Assembly (NCBI GenBank): GCA_039679545.1
Contig: JBDKUT010000160.1
Coordinates: 1 to 47,721 of the forward strand
Source: Thermotogota bacterium
GTDB lineage: Bacteria; Bipolaricaulota; Bipolaricaulia; UBA7950; UBA9294
DNA: 47,721 nt
Reading direction: 5' to 3'
The translations under genes and the position numbers were made by a program. Below the pieces are notes generated by a model. It saw only the letters and a list, made by a program, of their open reading frames with translations, did not search any database and was not told the DNA's origin. Positions 17,801 through 26,462 of this stretch are shown piece after piece (position 1 is the first letter of the stretch; each line of letters starts with the position of its first letter).

Positions 17801-18236
17801 AGGGCTACGGGTCGCCGGAATCCTGCACGACGTTGGCAAGGTTTCCGTTCCGGCCGAAATCTTGAGCAAACCGACGGTTCTGACGCCGACGGAGTTCGGG
17901 CTTGTGAAGATCCACCCCGAGTCAGGATACGAGATTCTCCGTGCGATCCATTTCCCGTGGCCGGTTGCGGACATCGTCCTGCAGCACCACGAGCGGATGG
18001 ACGGGTCGGGATACCCGAGGGGGCTCCGAGGTGACGCGATCCTCCTCGAAGCGCGAATCCTTGGAGTCGCCGATGTCATCGAGGCCATCGTCTCTCATCG
18101 CCCGTACCGTCCGGCTCGCGCGATGGCAATTGCGGTAGCCGACATCGTCCGAGCCGCGGGCACGCTGTACGACGCAGAGGTCGTTGCCGCGTGCAAGAGG
18201 CTTTTCGACGACGGGGAACTCCCGCTAATGGAGTAA
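14832..18236 (+). CDS. Sensor with seven PAS/PAC domains and an HD-GYP phosphodiesterase domain
   Basis: Seven DIT/DIS PAC ends; RDPYTAGHQERV, LHDVGK, HHERMDGSGYP, HRPYR. ATG at 14832 follows GAGGAG. Confidence 0.92.
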   Translation: MARHEKRSSVPDRTVRPRAAKADPAAQGSTPADAVAYRRYLELATEGIWRYEVRPAVRTSGPPGKQAEAILERSALVECNAAFARLHGFARPEDMLGLPLSKLLAGSHDEQVRFIAHSIESGYRILDAESATLDKQGRTVWTLNNVLGIVERGNLVGGWGSTRDITDRKAAEAALQASEDRLSLALNAASEGVYDINLVTGESYYSPGYYTMLGFAPGEFAPSDDAWERLLHPDDRARAHEMLNRCLSGEVDEAQTEFRLRTKAGKWRHIQSRGRIVLRDDKGKALRLVGTHRDITAYWEAREELRQERDRARAYFDIAEVMLVALDPQGRIALINRKGCRLLGYDGPEKLIGEDWFKTCLPSDAVDKMQAVYREMMVGHIQPLEYHENPVLTRSGQLREVAWHNALLYDSEGKVIGSLSSGEDITERRQAEQALARTVTLLSRSEEISHVGSWELDLSAGRLFWSDELYRIFGLEPQESPPTADAFYSILHPDDRDAVGAAYTKALRDGKESYESLHRLVRPRTGEVRYVHEKCSFIRDAAGTPLQVYGIVEDITERRRAEAALQESESKYRILVDTASEAVFVAQDGILKFANPATARILGRTPEETGSRSFAEFIHPDDRAMVVERHARRLAGENVETGYAFRVLHADGTVRWVELNAVRLEWDGRPATLNFVTDITERTLAEEALAESEERFRQIFAESPLGIVSCDRTFRFTRVNRAFCRMLGYTEDELLSRSFVDVTHPDHVAGDVEFVTRLLRGEVPLYRTEKRYVRKDGEVLWASIVVSALRDAHGRFLHFVGMIEDITARRAVEAELVERERRYRELANDLPTCVFEADPQGRLTFANRTGLDWFGYSEEEVRAGRMVFKMVAAEQRDRAMRTFRQALENGSVPTGEYTAIRKDGSTFPALISSRAIVKDGRPVGIRGILIDISERVEAARRVQNALSETIHALAVTTEMRDPYTAGHQERVTQLACAIGQEMGISGDRLEGLRVAGILHDVGKVSVPAEILSKPTVLTPTEFGLVKIHPESGYEILRAIHFPWPVADIVLQHHERMDGSGYPRGLRGDAILLEARILGVADVIEAIVSHRPYRPARAMAIAVADIVRAAGTLYDAEVVAACKRLFDDGELPLME

Positions 18237-18266
18237 GGACGGAGCGGCTCGCCCGACCGATGGCTG

Positions 18267-18716
18267 CTAGGGGTGCACGGCGGCCCATCGCGGCTCAAGC
18301 CAGACGGGATAGCCGCTCGATTCACGCGTCATCGTCGTCTGGTTCGTCCCGTCGGCGTTCATGGCGTAGATCCGATACTCCCCATCACGGCGCGATTCGA
18401 AGGCGATTCGAGTTCCGTCGGGCGACCAGGAAGCACACGTCCAGGCTCCCATGCCGGAAGCGATGTCCGTCGCATCGGTGCCGTCCGGGTTCATCCGGCG
18501 CAGCACGGAGTCGCCGCCGCGCTCCGCGAAGTACAAGATGCCCCGCACGACCGTGAAGATCCCGCAACCGACAACCCCACCATTGGCATTCACGAGCACG
18601 GTCGCGTCACTCGACGCCCCGCCCAGTGTGACCAACAGGGGGACGCGGGCGGCAATCGCTCCGCCGTTCCATGCGTCCATCGTCGCCGGCTCTCCGTAAG
18701 AAGGAACATCCGCCAC
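18267..18716 (-). pseudogene. TolB-like/PD40 beta-propeller fragment
   Basis: ASWSPDGTRIAFESRRDG..IYAMNADG plus one partial copy (RRMNPDGT). Too short for a propeller, no signal peptide, start uncertain. Confidence 0.55.
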
Positions 18717-18788
18717 CGAGACGCTTCCGAGACCTCGGCCGGGTAGGATGGCGCGGTGCCTGCGAGGGCCGGGGAAAGGAGGTCGGCG

Positions 18789-19601
18789 ATGCCGGAGTTG
18801 CCGGAGATCACGTGTAGGGCTCGTGAGATGAACGAGATGCTCTCAGGCCGCGTCATCCGCGAGGTCGCGGTGATGCAATCGAAGTGCCTCAACGTGCCTG
18901 TCGGCGTGTTTGAGCGGGGGCTCCGCGGAGCCAAGCTCTGCCAGGTCACGCACCGGGGGAAGTGGTTGTTTGTGGAGACGTCGAGCGGGCATCTGCTCCT
19001 CAACCTCGGCATGGGTGGGGAGATCCTCCTCGTCCCGTCGAAGCGACTTCCCGAGAAGTGGCGCGTCCGCTTCGACCTCAACCGCGGTCAGTCCCTGGCC
19101 GTCAACTTCTGGTGGTTCGGGTACGCACACTACGTCCCGCCGGGCAAGCTGGATGAACATGCGATGTCGGCCAGTCTCGGCCCCAACGCGCTCGGCATCT
19201 CCCTCGCCGAGTTCCGCAAGCTCCTCGCCGGGCGACGCGGCGGCGTGAAGTCGTTCCTCCTCGATCAATCAAAACTCGCTGGGATCGGCAACGCGTACAT
19301 TCACGACATCCTCTTCCGCGCCAAGCTGCACCCGCTCGAAGCGATCTCCCGGCTCTCACCCCGGGACGTCCGCTGCCTTCACACAGCGATCCAGACGGAA
19401 CTGCAGCGCTCGATCGACAAGGGAGGCGCGTTCTACGAGGTGGATCTCCACGGCCACCCGGGCGGGTTCCTCGGGACCGATCTCCTCGTCGGTTACCGAG
19501 AGGGCAAGCCGTGCCCCGCGTGCGGGGCCTCCGTTCTCAAGATCAAGACAGGGCCGACAGCCAGCTTTATCTGCCCGAAGTGCCAGCGGCGGCGCGCCTA
19601 G
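18789..19601 (+). CDS. Fpg/Nei family DNA glycosylase (divergent)
   Basis: MPELPE after AAGGAGG, RGKWL, LGMGG, H2TH LLDQSKLAGIGNAY, zinc finger CPAC...CPKCQ. Confidence 0.9.
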   Translation: MPELPEITCRAREMNEMLSGRVIREVAVMQSKCLNVPVGVFERGLRGAKLCQVTHRGKWLFVETSSGHLLLNLGMGGEILLVPSKRLPEKWRVRFDLNRGQSLAVNFWWFGYAHYVPPGKLDEHAMSASLGPNALGISLAEFRKLLAGRRGGVKSFLLDQSKLAGIGNAYIHDILFRAKLHPLEAISRLSPRDVRCLHTAIQTELQRSIDKGGAFYEVDLHGHPGGFLGTDLLVGYREGKPCPACGASVLKIKTGPTASFICPKCQRRRA

Positions 19602-20287
19602 GTGCCGAGGAAGTGGGTGACAAGAGCGGCGAAGGTCTGAAGGCCGGCGGGGACACGCCGCCACGTCGTCCGCGGCAGGCCGCCTTGGCGCTGGGTGACC
19701 AGGAGGTGCGCCCGCATCGCGAACTCCGAGGAGCGTTGCGTGATCTCGGGATGGGCCTGGAGGCCCCAGATGGGTTTCTCCCCGTAGCGCAGGACGTGCG
19801 TTGCGCACCTGGAGGACCTTGCGAGCACTCGCCAAGGCGGCGGCGGTGAGACGACCTCGGCGACGTGAAATGCGAAAACCGTCCAGGGTGAGGGAACGTC
19901 GCGGAGCAAGGAATCTCGCTCCACAATGTCAACCGACGTCCAGCCCATCTCGGGCCTCGCGGCCCACGTCAAATACTCCGGCCCGGAGAGAGCCCAGACC
20001 AAGAGTTCGTGGCCGAAGCACGAGCCAAGGATTCGCACGTCGCCGTCGGTGGCAGTGCGCACGAGTTCTGCCTCGCGGTGAACCCAAGCTGGCGGCTTGA
20101 GGAGCGAGGCTTCGGAGCCGGTCAGAACAAGGTGTGTGTAGTCGCGGACATCCGGCAACGTCCGCGTAGTCGGGGCACGCACAACAGCGACACTCGCCTC
20201 GCTCGCCAGACGCGCTGCCCAGCGCTTCCCAAGGGGGAAGAGCCTCGGATGAACCGTGTTGTCGAGAAGGAGGACGCGGGTCACCAT
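19598..20287 (-). CDS. Class I glutamine amidotransferase-like protein
   Basis: LTGS, ILGSCFGHEL, GLQAHPE (Cys-His-Glu triad). Confidence 0.88.
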   Translation of the reverse strand: MVTRVLLLDNTVHPRLFPLGKRWAARLASEASVAVVRAPTTRTLPDVRDYTHLVLTGSEASLLKPPAWVHREAELVRTATDGDVRILGSCFGHELLVWALSGPEYLTWAARPEMGWTSVDIVERDSLLRDVPSPWTVFAFHVAEVVSPPPPWRVLARSSRCATHVLRYGEKPIWGLQAHPEITQRSSEFAMRAHLLVTQRQGGLPRTTWRRVPAGLQTFAALVTHFLGT

Positions 20288-20474
20288 GTGGCGAGTATAG
20301 CGGGTGCCTCCGGCCGACCCGTGCCGTTAGGTGGCGATGGCCGTCAGCGCCTGCAGCCAGTTTCCCACGGACGTAACGCGCGCGGCATTCCTTGCAGGCG
20401 GGACCGGCTTGCGTTCGCTGGCGACGGCCTCGAACACAACGTACGCTTGCCGCATGGCTGCCGCGGAGGAGAAT

Positions 20475-20870
20475 ACGGTCGGCCGACGACCTCGGGTCAT
20501 CCTGCCGCTCGCTCTGACGGGTCTTGAGCGCAATCGCCAGTGGCGGACTTGGACTCCTGGTGCAGCTGTTCTTTGTGTACATGGACGACTTGGGGATCTT
20601 TGATGGGCACGGTCGGCTCCTTGAACACCGCGACCCAGGTCGTTGCGCTCGTGGACTTCGGCGGGGTCTCCGACCGCATCGGCCGAAGGAAAGTGTTCCT
20701 CCGTCGGGGTTGCGATCTTGACTCTGCTGCCGTGCGTGCTCGCCGTATTGCGAAACGTCCCGAGGATGGCGCTCTCCTACGTCATCCTCGGAATCTCGTC
20801 CAGTTCGCTCTACATCGGATCCACCGTTCATATCGGCGATCGGTTCCTCGTCGTGCTCGGGGAACGCTTT
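20475..20870 (+). pseudogene. Decayed MFS transporter with several frameshifts and an internal deletion
   Basis: GGAGGAG is followed by ACG instead of ATG. Pieces in successive frames: VILPLALTGL / SAIASGGLGLLVQLFFVYMDDLG / GSLNTATQVVALVDFGGVSDRIGRRKVF (MFS motif A) / AILTLLPCVLAVL..YVILGISSSSLYIGSTVHIGDR. Confidence 0.7.
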
Positions 20871-20984
20871 CCGTTCCCTGTCCGTGGGACCGATACACCG
20901 AAGCCGGAGGCGGGATCCCCGGTGGTGGACAGCGGCCCGATCTCGGTGTAGCGTGCCCCGTAGACTTTGCGAAAGGTGAATGAC

Positions 20985-21899
20985 ATGGGGAGTCGGAGGC
21001 TGACCCTGGTTGTGCTCGCAGCCGGCCTCGGAAGGCGATTCGGAGGTCCGAAGCAGATCGAGAGCGTAGGACCGAGCGGCGAGATCCTCCTCGACTACTC
21101 GGTCTTCGACGCCCTGCGCGCCGGCTTCTCGCGGCTCGTGCTCGTCGTCCGAGAGGACGTGAAGCACGTGCTGCGCCGCCGGCTCGGCGTATTGTCCGGT
21201 CGTTGCGAGGTTGAGTACGTCGAGCAACGGTTGGACGACGTTCCAATCGGATGCACGGCGCCTCCAGGGCGCGTGCGGCCGTGGGGAACCGGACACGCGG
21301 TGTGGGTGTGCCGCGACACCGTGGCGGAACCGTTCGCCGTGATCAACGCCGACGACTTCTACGGGGCGTCCGCGTTTGATACCATGGCGCAGTTCCTCCG
21401 CGACGTGGACGGCCGAGCCTCGCTCCGTGCCGCTCTCGTGGGCTACGCACTCAGCGCCACGCTGACGCCGCATGGTATCGTTTCGCGAGGCGTCTGCGAG
21501 GTGGATCCGGCCGGCCGTCTTCTCGCGATCGTCGAGCGCCACGGCGTGGAGCGTCGCGAGGCCGGGATCGGATACTCCGACCACGGAATGTGGCATCCGC
21601 TGGGCGACGACGCAGTCGCCTCGATGAACTTCTGGGGCTTCGCACCGAGCGTGTTTCCGGCCTTCGGCCGCGAGTTCATCCGCTTCCTTGAGTCGATTCC
21701 CGCCGCCGATGACGAGTTTGGCCTGCCGACGGCCGTGACGGCCCTTCTCAGGGCGCAGGAGGGGGAAGCCCACGTTCTCCCAACGAAGCCCGCGTGGCTC
21801 GGTATGACGCACCGGGAGGACCTTGAGTGGGTGCGAGACGAGATCCGCCGTCGGGTTCGAGCTGGCGTGTATTCAAGCCCGATCTGGGGGAGAGTCTGA
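20985..21899 (+). CDS. Sugar-phosphate nucleotidyltransferase family protein
   Basis: LAAGLGRRFGGPKQ, DYSVFDA, PWGTGHA, VINADDFYG, SMNFWGF. Confidence 0.88.
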   Translation: MGSRRLTLVVLAAGLGRRFGGPKQIESVGPSGEILLDYSVFDALRAGFSRLVLVVREDVKHVLRRRLGVLSGRCEVEYVEQRLDDVPIGCTAPPGRVRPWGTGHAVWVCRDTVAEPFAVINADDFYGASAFDTMAQFLRDVDGRASLRAALVGYALSATLTPHGIVSRGVCEVDPAGRLLAIVERHGVERREAGIGYSDHGMWHPLGDDAVASMNFWGFAPSVFPAFGREFIRFLESIPAADDEFGLPTAVTALLRAQEGEAHVLPTKPAWLGMTHREDLEWVRDEIRRRVRAGVYSSPIWGRV

Positions 21900-21903
21900 C
21901 GTT

Positions 21904-22836
21904 ATGATCAACCACGCCGTGATCTCGACCGAGGGTCTCTCCAAGCGGTTCGGCGACCGCGTTGCCGTCGACGACCTCACCGTTGTCGTGGGCGCGGGCG
22001 AGATCGTTGGTCTTCTCGGCCCGAACGGAGCGGGGAAGACAACCACCCTCAGGATGCTGGCAGGCATCATCGCGCCGAGTGCGGGCCGCGCCGCCGTGGA
22101 TGGACGCGATCCGGCTCTGGAGCCCGAGAAGGTGCACGAGTCGATCGGCTTTCTCACAGAGGCTCCCGGCTTCTACGAACGTCTATCGGCGGAGCGGAAC
22201 CTTGCCTACTTCGCGGCATTCTACGGGGGCATCGACGCCAAGGCTGCGGCAGCGCGCGAACTCGAGCGACTCGGGCTCGCTGACCGTGCCCGGGACAAGG
22301 TCGGGACCTTCTCGAAGGGGATGAAGCAGAGGCTCGCTCTCGCCCGGGTCCTCCTCCACAAGCCGCGCATCCTCTTCCTCGACGAGCCCACGGCGGGCCT
22401 CGATCCTGAAGCGGCGCGGGACTTACGCGAGCTCATCGTCTCGCTGAAGAAGGATGGCTGCACAGTCCTCCTCTCGACCCACAACCTCTCCGAGGCGGAG
22501 GAGCTGAGCGATCGCATTGCCGTATTTCGCACGCACCTCCTCGCAATCGACACGCCAGAAGCCCTCCGGGGGCGCCAGTTCGAGCGTCGGTTGCGCGTGC
22601 GCCTCGCCGGCGGAGTGGAGCCCTGCCTTGCGGCGTTGCGCGCCGAGCCGTACGTCCAAGAGGTCCACGGCGAAGACAACGGAACTCTCTCCGTGCTCCT
22701 CTCGGATCCGGACCGCGATCGCCCGCGCTTGGTGGCCCGCATCGTCCACGCCGGGGGGCAGATCCTCGAGGTGCGTGAGGACGAGCACCCGCTTGAGGAC
22801 GTCTACCTCAGCTTGGTCAGAGAGGAGGAAGCATGA
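21904..22836 (+). CDS. ABC exporter ATP-binding protein
   Basis: GPNGAGKTT, FSKGMKQ, LFLDEPT, STH. Confidence 0.93.
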   Translation: MINHAVISTEGLSKRFGDRVAVDDLTVVVGAGEIVGLLGPNGAGKTTTLRMLAGIIAPSAGRAAVDGRDPALEPEKVHESIGFLTEAPGFYERLSAERNLAYFAAFYGGIDAKAAAARELERLGLADRARDKVGTFSKGMKQRLALARVLLHKPRILFLDEPTAGLDPEAARDLRELIVSLKKDGCTVLLSTHNLSEAEELSDRIAVFRTHLLAIDTPEALRGRQFERRLRVRLAGGVEPCLAALRAEPYVQEVHGEDNGTLSVLLSDPDRDRPRLVARIVHAGGQILEVREDEHPLEDVYLSLVREEEA

Positions 22837-23588
22837 AGCGGAGGATCTGGAACGTCGTCCGGATGGAGTGGGCGGGGATTGCGGCCACGCCCTCAAGCCT
22901 CCTCTTTCTCGTCGTGATCCCGCTCGTTCTCGTGGGGCAGGCTCTCCTCCTCTCGTGGATCATTCCCCGCTTCGTGAACCCGACAATCCTGGGCCCGGCG
23001 GCGACCGACGCAAACGCACTTCGTCTCGTCATCCTCCGGCAGTTCCCGTTCTTTGTCCTGCTCATTCCGGCGATGGTCGCCAACGTGTTCGCCACGCTCG
23101 GCATCGTCGAGGAGAAGGTCTCGCGCACACTCGAGCCGCTGCTCGCGACCCCCGTGCGCACGTGGGAGCTTCTCGCTGGGAAGATCCTCTCCGGCGCGTT
23201 GCCCGGACTGCTTGTGGCCTGGGTGAGCGCGGCTTTGTTCGTGGCGGTGGGGTATGCCCTCGGGTGGGGATCCCTGCTGCGCTCGGTGCTCACAACGACC
23301 TTCTTTCTCGACGTCCTCCTTCTGATGCCTGCCGTGTCCCTCTTGAGCTTCATTCTCGGGGTCATCGGTTCGTCGCGGGCCCGGGACGCCAAGGAGGCGC
23401 AGAACCTGGCGGTGCTTGTCATCTTCCCGATCTTCGCCCTCATCGCCGTCCAGGCCATCGGCCTCGTCCAGTTCACTCCTGGGCGTACGCTCCTCCTCTC
23501 GCTCGCGTTCTTTGCGGTCGACGCGGTCCTGCTTCGGGGCGCCGTGCGCCTGTTCGGACGGGAGTCGATCGTTACGCGCTGGAAGTGA
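22833..23588 (+). CDS. ABC-2 type permease
   Basis: ATGA overlap with the ATPase; EEKVSRTLEPLLATP..LLAGK; about 6 TM segments. Confidence 0.9.
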   Translation: MKRRIWNVVRMEWAGIAATPSSLLFLVVIPLVLVGQALLLSWIIPRFVNPTILGPAATDANALRLVILRQFPFFVLLIPAMVANVFATLGIVEEKVSRTLEPLLATPVRTWELLAGKILSGALPGLLVAWVSAALFVAVGYALGWGSLLRSVLTTTFFLDVLLLMPAVSLLSFILGVIGSSRARDAKEAQNLAVLVIFPIFALIAVQAIGLVQFTPGRTLLLSLAFFAVDAVLLRGAVRLFGRESIVTRWK

Positions 23589-23652
23589 GCCGGCCGCATC
23601 GCGAAGAGCGTGGAGCGGCGCTACTATGCACACCGCAACGGAGGGTAACTCG

Positions 23653-24639
23653 ATGACAGCTCCTGACACGCCCGAGTCGAAGGTCCGCGCGGTTCAGCTC
23701 CTGCCCCTTCGGACCGACCAGATCGTCGATCCTGAAGTGGTTTCGGGACGCAGCGCCGGGGCCTACTGTGCGGACCTCTTGCGCCGGAATGGCTTGGTCC
23801 CGCACGATGGAGACATCCTCGTCGTGAGTTCCAAAGTGACGGCGTTCCACGAAGGCTGCGCCGTGCGCCTTGCCGACGTCCGCGCGTCGTGGAAAGCGCG
23901 TGTCTTGGGCCGCCTGTTCCGCAAGGATCCGCGGAAGCTTCAGCTCATCATGGAGACCGGCCGAGTCGCGATCGTCATCCCGATGTGCTGGATCCTCCGG
24001 ATTCCCGCGATGGGCCGCGCGATGCGGGCAACGTCACCGAACCCCGAGGCCATGCGTCGCGCGTTCGCGCGCAACAACGCCTTCGTCCTCATGGTGAACG
24101 CCCACGGTACGTACTTCGACGACGCCGGCATCGACTACTCCAACGCCCCGGAAGGGATCGTGACGACGCTGCCGAAGGATCCCTGCGCCACGGCCGCGTG
24201 CATCCGAGCTGAGCTCTCCAAGCAATTCGGCGTCGATGCGGCCGTCATCATCACCGACACGGCGGCGAAGCTCGGGAGGATCGGTTCGAACGACGTCGCC
24301 ATCGGCTACGCCGGGATGGATCCGATCACCCGCCTTACGTTCAGCGACGACCTGTTTGGAGTCCCGCGCTCCGGGGGTGTCGACCTCGTTGTGGATTCGG
24401 TTGCCGCCACGGCCGGACTCGTCATGGGGCAGACAACGGAAATGACACCCGGCGTCCTTGTCCGTGGCATCGCGTACGAGCCGGAGCGCACCGCGGATGA
24501 TGTGACAGGCATGGAGGTCGTCGCCTACCCTCGCGGGACGATGTGGAAGGCCACGACCCTCACCCTCCTTGTCACGACGTGGTTCTTCCTCGCCAACGCG
24601 CTGACGTTTCAGCGCTGGCCGCGAAAAACGCGCGCCTAG
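23653..24639 (+). CDS. CofE-like (F420-0:gamma-glutamyl ligase family) protein
   Basis: GDILVVSSKV, AGIDYSN, LPKDP, VIITDT, VAIGYAG, DLFG, GLVMGQTTE. Confidence 0.8.
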   Translation: MTAPDTPESKVRAVQLLPLRTDQIVDPEVVSGRSAGAYCADLLRRNGLVPHDGDILVVSSKVTAFHEGCAVRLADVRASWKARVLGRLFRKDPRKLQLIMETGRVAIVIPMCWILRIPAMGRAMRATSPNPEAMRRAFARNNAFVLMVNAHGTYFDDAGIDYSNAPEGIVTTLPKDPCATAACIRAELSKQFGVDAAVIITDTAAKLGRIGSNDVAIGYAGMDPITRLTFSDDLFGVPRSGGVDLVVDSVAATAGLVMGQTTEMTPGVLVRGIAYEPERTADDVTGMEVVAYPRGTMWKATTLTLLVTTWFFLANALTFQRWPRKTRA

Positions 24640-26108
24640 GCTCCTCCCACGGGGCCGAAGACGTCCTCGAACCTCTGCGGGCGTCGCCAGACCTCGAGCC
24701 GACCGGCTCCGTCGACGGCCACCTTGGCCGGCAGAGGGAAGCCGCAGCTGTTCGACGCGAAGTGGTCGGCGGAGTACGCTCCGGTGAAGTAGATGACGGC
24801 TCGCTCTCCGGGACGCGGCGCGCGGTTCAGCCGCACCTTGACCTTGCTGATCATGTCGCCCGAGAGGCACAGCCTCCCGGCGAGGAAGGCGTCGATCGGA
24901 ACGTCGTCCGCCTTCCGCGGCAGGATGACGACGGGGAAGATGTCGTTCGTGATCAAGTTCGTTCCGTGGTTTGTGATCCCAAGGTCGAGCGACACCACAG
25001 GGTTGTCGAGCACGCTCTTCGTTCCGCGGACCTCGGCGAGCGTCACGCCTGCCGCCGCCATGAGGCTTCTCCCCGGCTCTACGACCAGGGTCGGAGAGCC
25101 AAGGCTAGCGAGGTGCTCAACCGTGCTCTTGCCGTCTGGATGGCAGAACGTGAGGGCGTGTTCGAGCATGGCCGAAGCGGGGTACGCCGACCAGTACGCC
25201 TTGCCCACCCAGGCCGGCGGATCGGCGTCCGGCTCCGCTCCGTCGTAGCCCATCGGAAGGTCGGTCCACGTGACAGACCTTCCACGGCCCTCCGGAACCC
25301 GAAGGCGTTTGAGCAACTGAGCTTGAAATGTGGCCCACTCCGCTTGTGTAACGAACGAAACCGGATACCCGCCGCCCAGGTCGATGGCCGAGAGAGGCAA
25401 ACCGAACGCGAGGGCCTGCCGAGCGAGAGCGTCCATGTGCACGGCAAGGCGCTCATAGGCAAGAGGGTCGGCGATCTGGGTTCCGACGTGCGCCGAGATC
25501 CCGACAAAGCGAAGCCCCGGCGCCCGCGCGACCTGCGCGAACACCTCGTCTGCCTCATCGACCGAGAAGCCGAACTTCGTCCACTCCGCTGCGGTCGTCT
25601 GATCGTCGGCGGTGAAGCCGGAGAGCGGCATGCCTCGGAAGCGCACCAGAACGGGGGCCTGGACGCGCCGCTTCACCGCTGTGTGCGACAGCTCCTCGAG
25701 TTCGTCGGCGTTGTCGACCGACGAGAGAGCTCCCGAGGTCACGATCGCCTCGATGTACCGCGACGTTTTCGCGTTCCCGTTCGCGACGATCCTCGCCGCC
25801 GGGATGCCCTCCTCGAGTGCCGCGCGGAACTCGTGCTCGGAGGCGGCGTCGGCGCCGAGACCGAGGCGTGCGGCGGTCCGGACGGCTCCCCGACATGGAT
25901 TCGACTTGACCGCGAAAAGAACAAGGGAGTTCGGGTAAAGCCGACCGAGAACCTCTTTGTACCCGCTCGCGCTCTGCGCAACCTGGTCCTTGAAGATCAC
26001 GTGAAGCGGCAGGCCGAAGGTCTCGACGGCGCGGTCAATCGCGGCCCCATGCCGCGCAAGCTCCTTGTCAAGAGCGGCGTACGTCGGCGATAACGCTCGG
26101 GTTGCCAT
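24636..26108 (-). CDS. Fold-type III PLP enzyme (Orn/DAP/Arg decarboxylase family), Y4yA-like
   Basis: FAVKSN (PLP Lys), TKFG, HVGTQ, DLGGG, EPGR, CLSGD, GAY; long insert between DLGGG and EPGR. Confidence 0.85.
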   Translation of the reverse strand: MATRALSPTYAALDKELARHGAAIDRAVETFGLPLHVIFKDQVAQSASGYKEVLGRLYPNSLVLFAVKSNPCRGAVRTAARLGLGADAASEHEFRAALEEGIPAARIVANGNAKTSRYIEAIVTSGALSSVDNADELEELSHTAVKRRVQAPVLVRFRGMPLSGFTADDQTTAAEWTKFGFSVDEADEVFAQVARAPGLRFVGISAHVGTQIADPLAYERLAVHMDALARQALAFGLPLSAIDLGGGYPVSFVTQAEWATFQAQLLKRLRVPEGRGRSVTWTDLPMGYDGAEPDADPPAWVGKAYWSAYPASAMLEHALTFCHPDGKSTVEHLASLGSPTLVVEPGRSLMAAAGVTLAEVRGTKSVLDNPVVSLDLGITNHGTNLITNDIFPVVILPRKADDVPIDAFLAGRLCLSGDMISKVKVRLNRAPRPGERAVIYFTGAYSADHFASNSCGFPLPAKVAVDGAGRLEVWRRPQRFEDVFGPVGGA

Positions 26109-26144
26109 GCTTCGTTCCTTCCTTGCAGCTCTGATTCATCGCGG

Positions 26145-26174
26145 ATGGTAGCTGACTCAGTCCGTGTTGTCAGC
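26145..26174 (-). promoter_or_regulatory. Putative promoter CTGACA-N17-TACCAT with an overlapping inverted repeat GCTGAC-N12-GTCAGC
   Basis: atggta at 26145-26150, tgtcag at 26168-26173; inverted repeat 26151-26156/26169-26174. Confidence 0.35.
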
Positions 26175-26408
26175 CAGCCGGGAACCGGCACGGCGGCGGG
26201 GACACGTGACCGTGATGCACGCCACAATCCTTCGGCATCGGAGTCGCGGCTTTCGAGGGATTGACAACAGCGAAGGGAACGAGCGATGCGGCGCCCGGAA
26301 CTCGCAGCGCAGTCCGCTCAGGACCGGGCAGAGCTCCAAGGAATGTAGGTTGCGGGGGCGTCGCCCGCGACGACAGATGTCCGGATGTGACTTTTCGCCA
26401 TTGGGCCA

Positions 26409-26437
26409 TTGCCGCCGGTCACGCGTCATGCTATGCT
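26409..26437 (+). promoter_or_regulatory. sigma70-like promoter TTGCCG-N17-TATGCT with extended -10 TG
   Basis: Read directly from the sequence; about 25 nt upstream of the small ORF. Confidence 0.55.
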
Positions 26438-26462
26438 CCAGTCAGGAAGAAGGAGGTGACCA

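Noticed and set aside
26109..26400. Lysine riboswitch upstream of the LysA-like gene; perfect TTGACA at 26261
   Set aside because: No L-box consensus recognised, and the TTGACA has no credible -10 at 17 nt (CGATGC).
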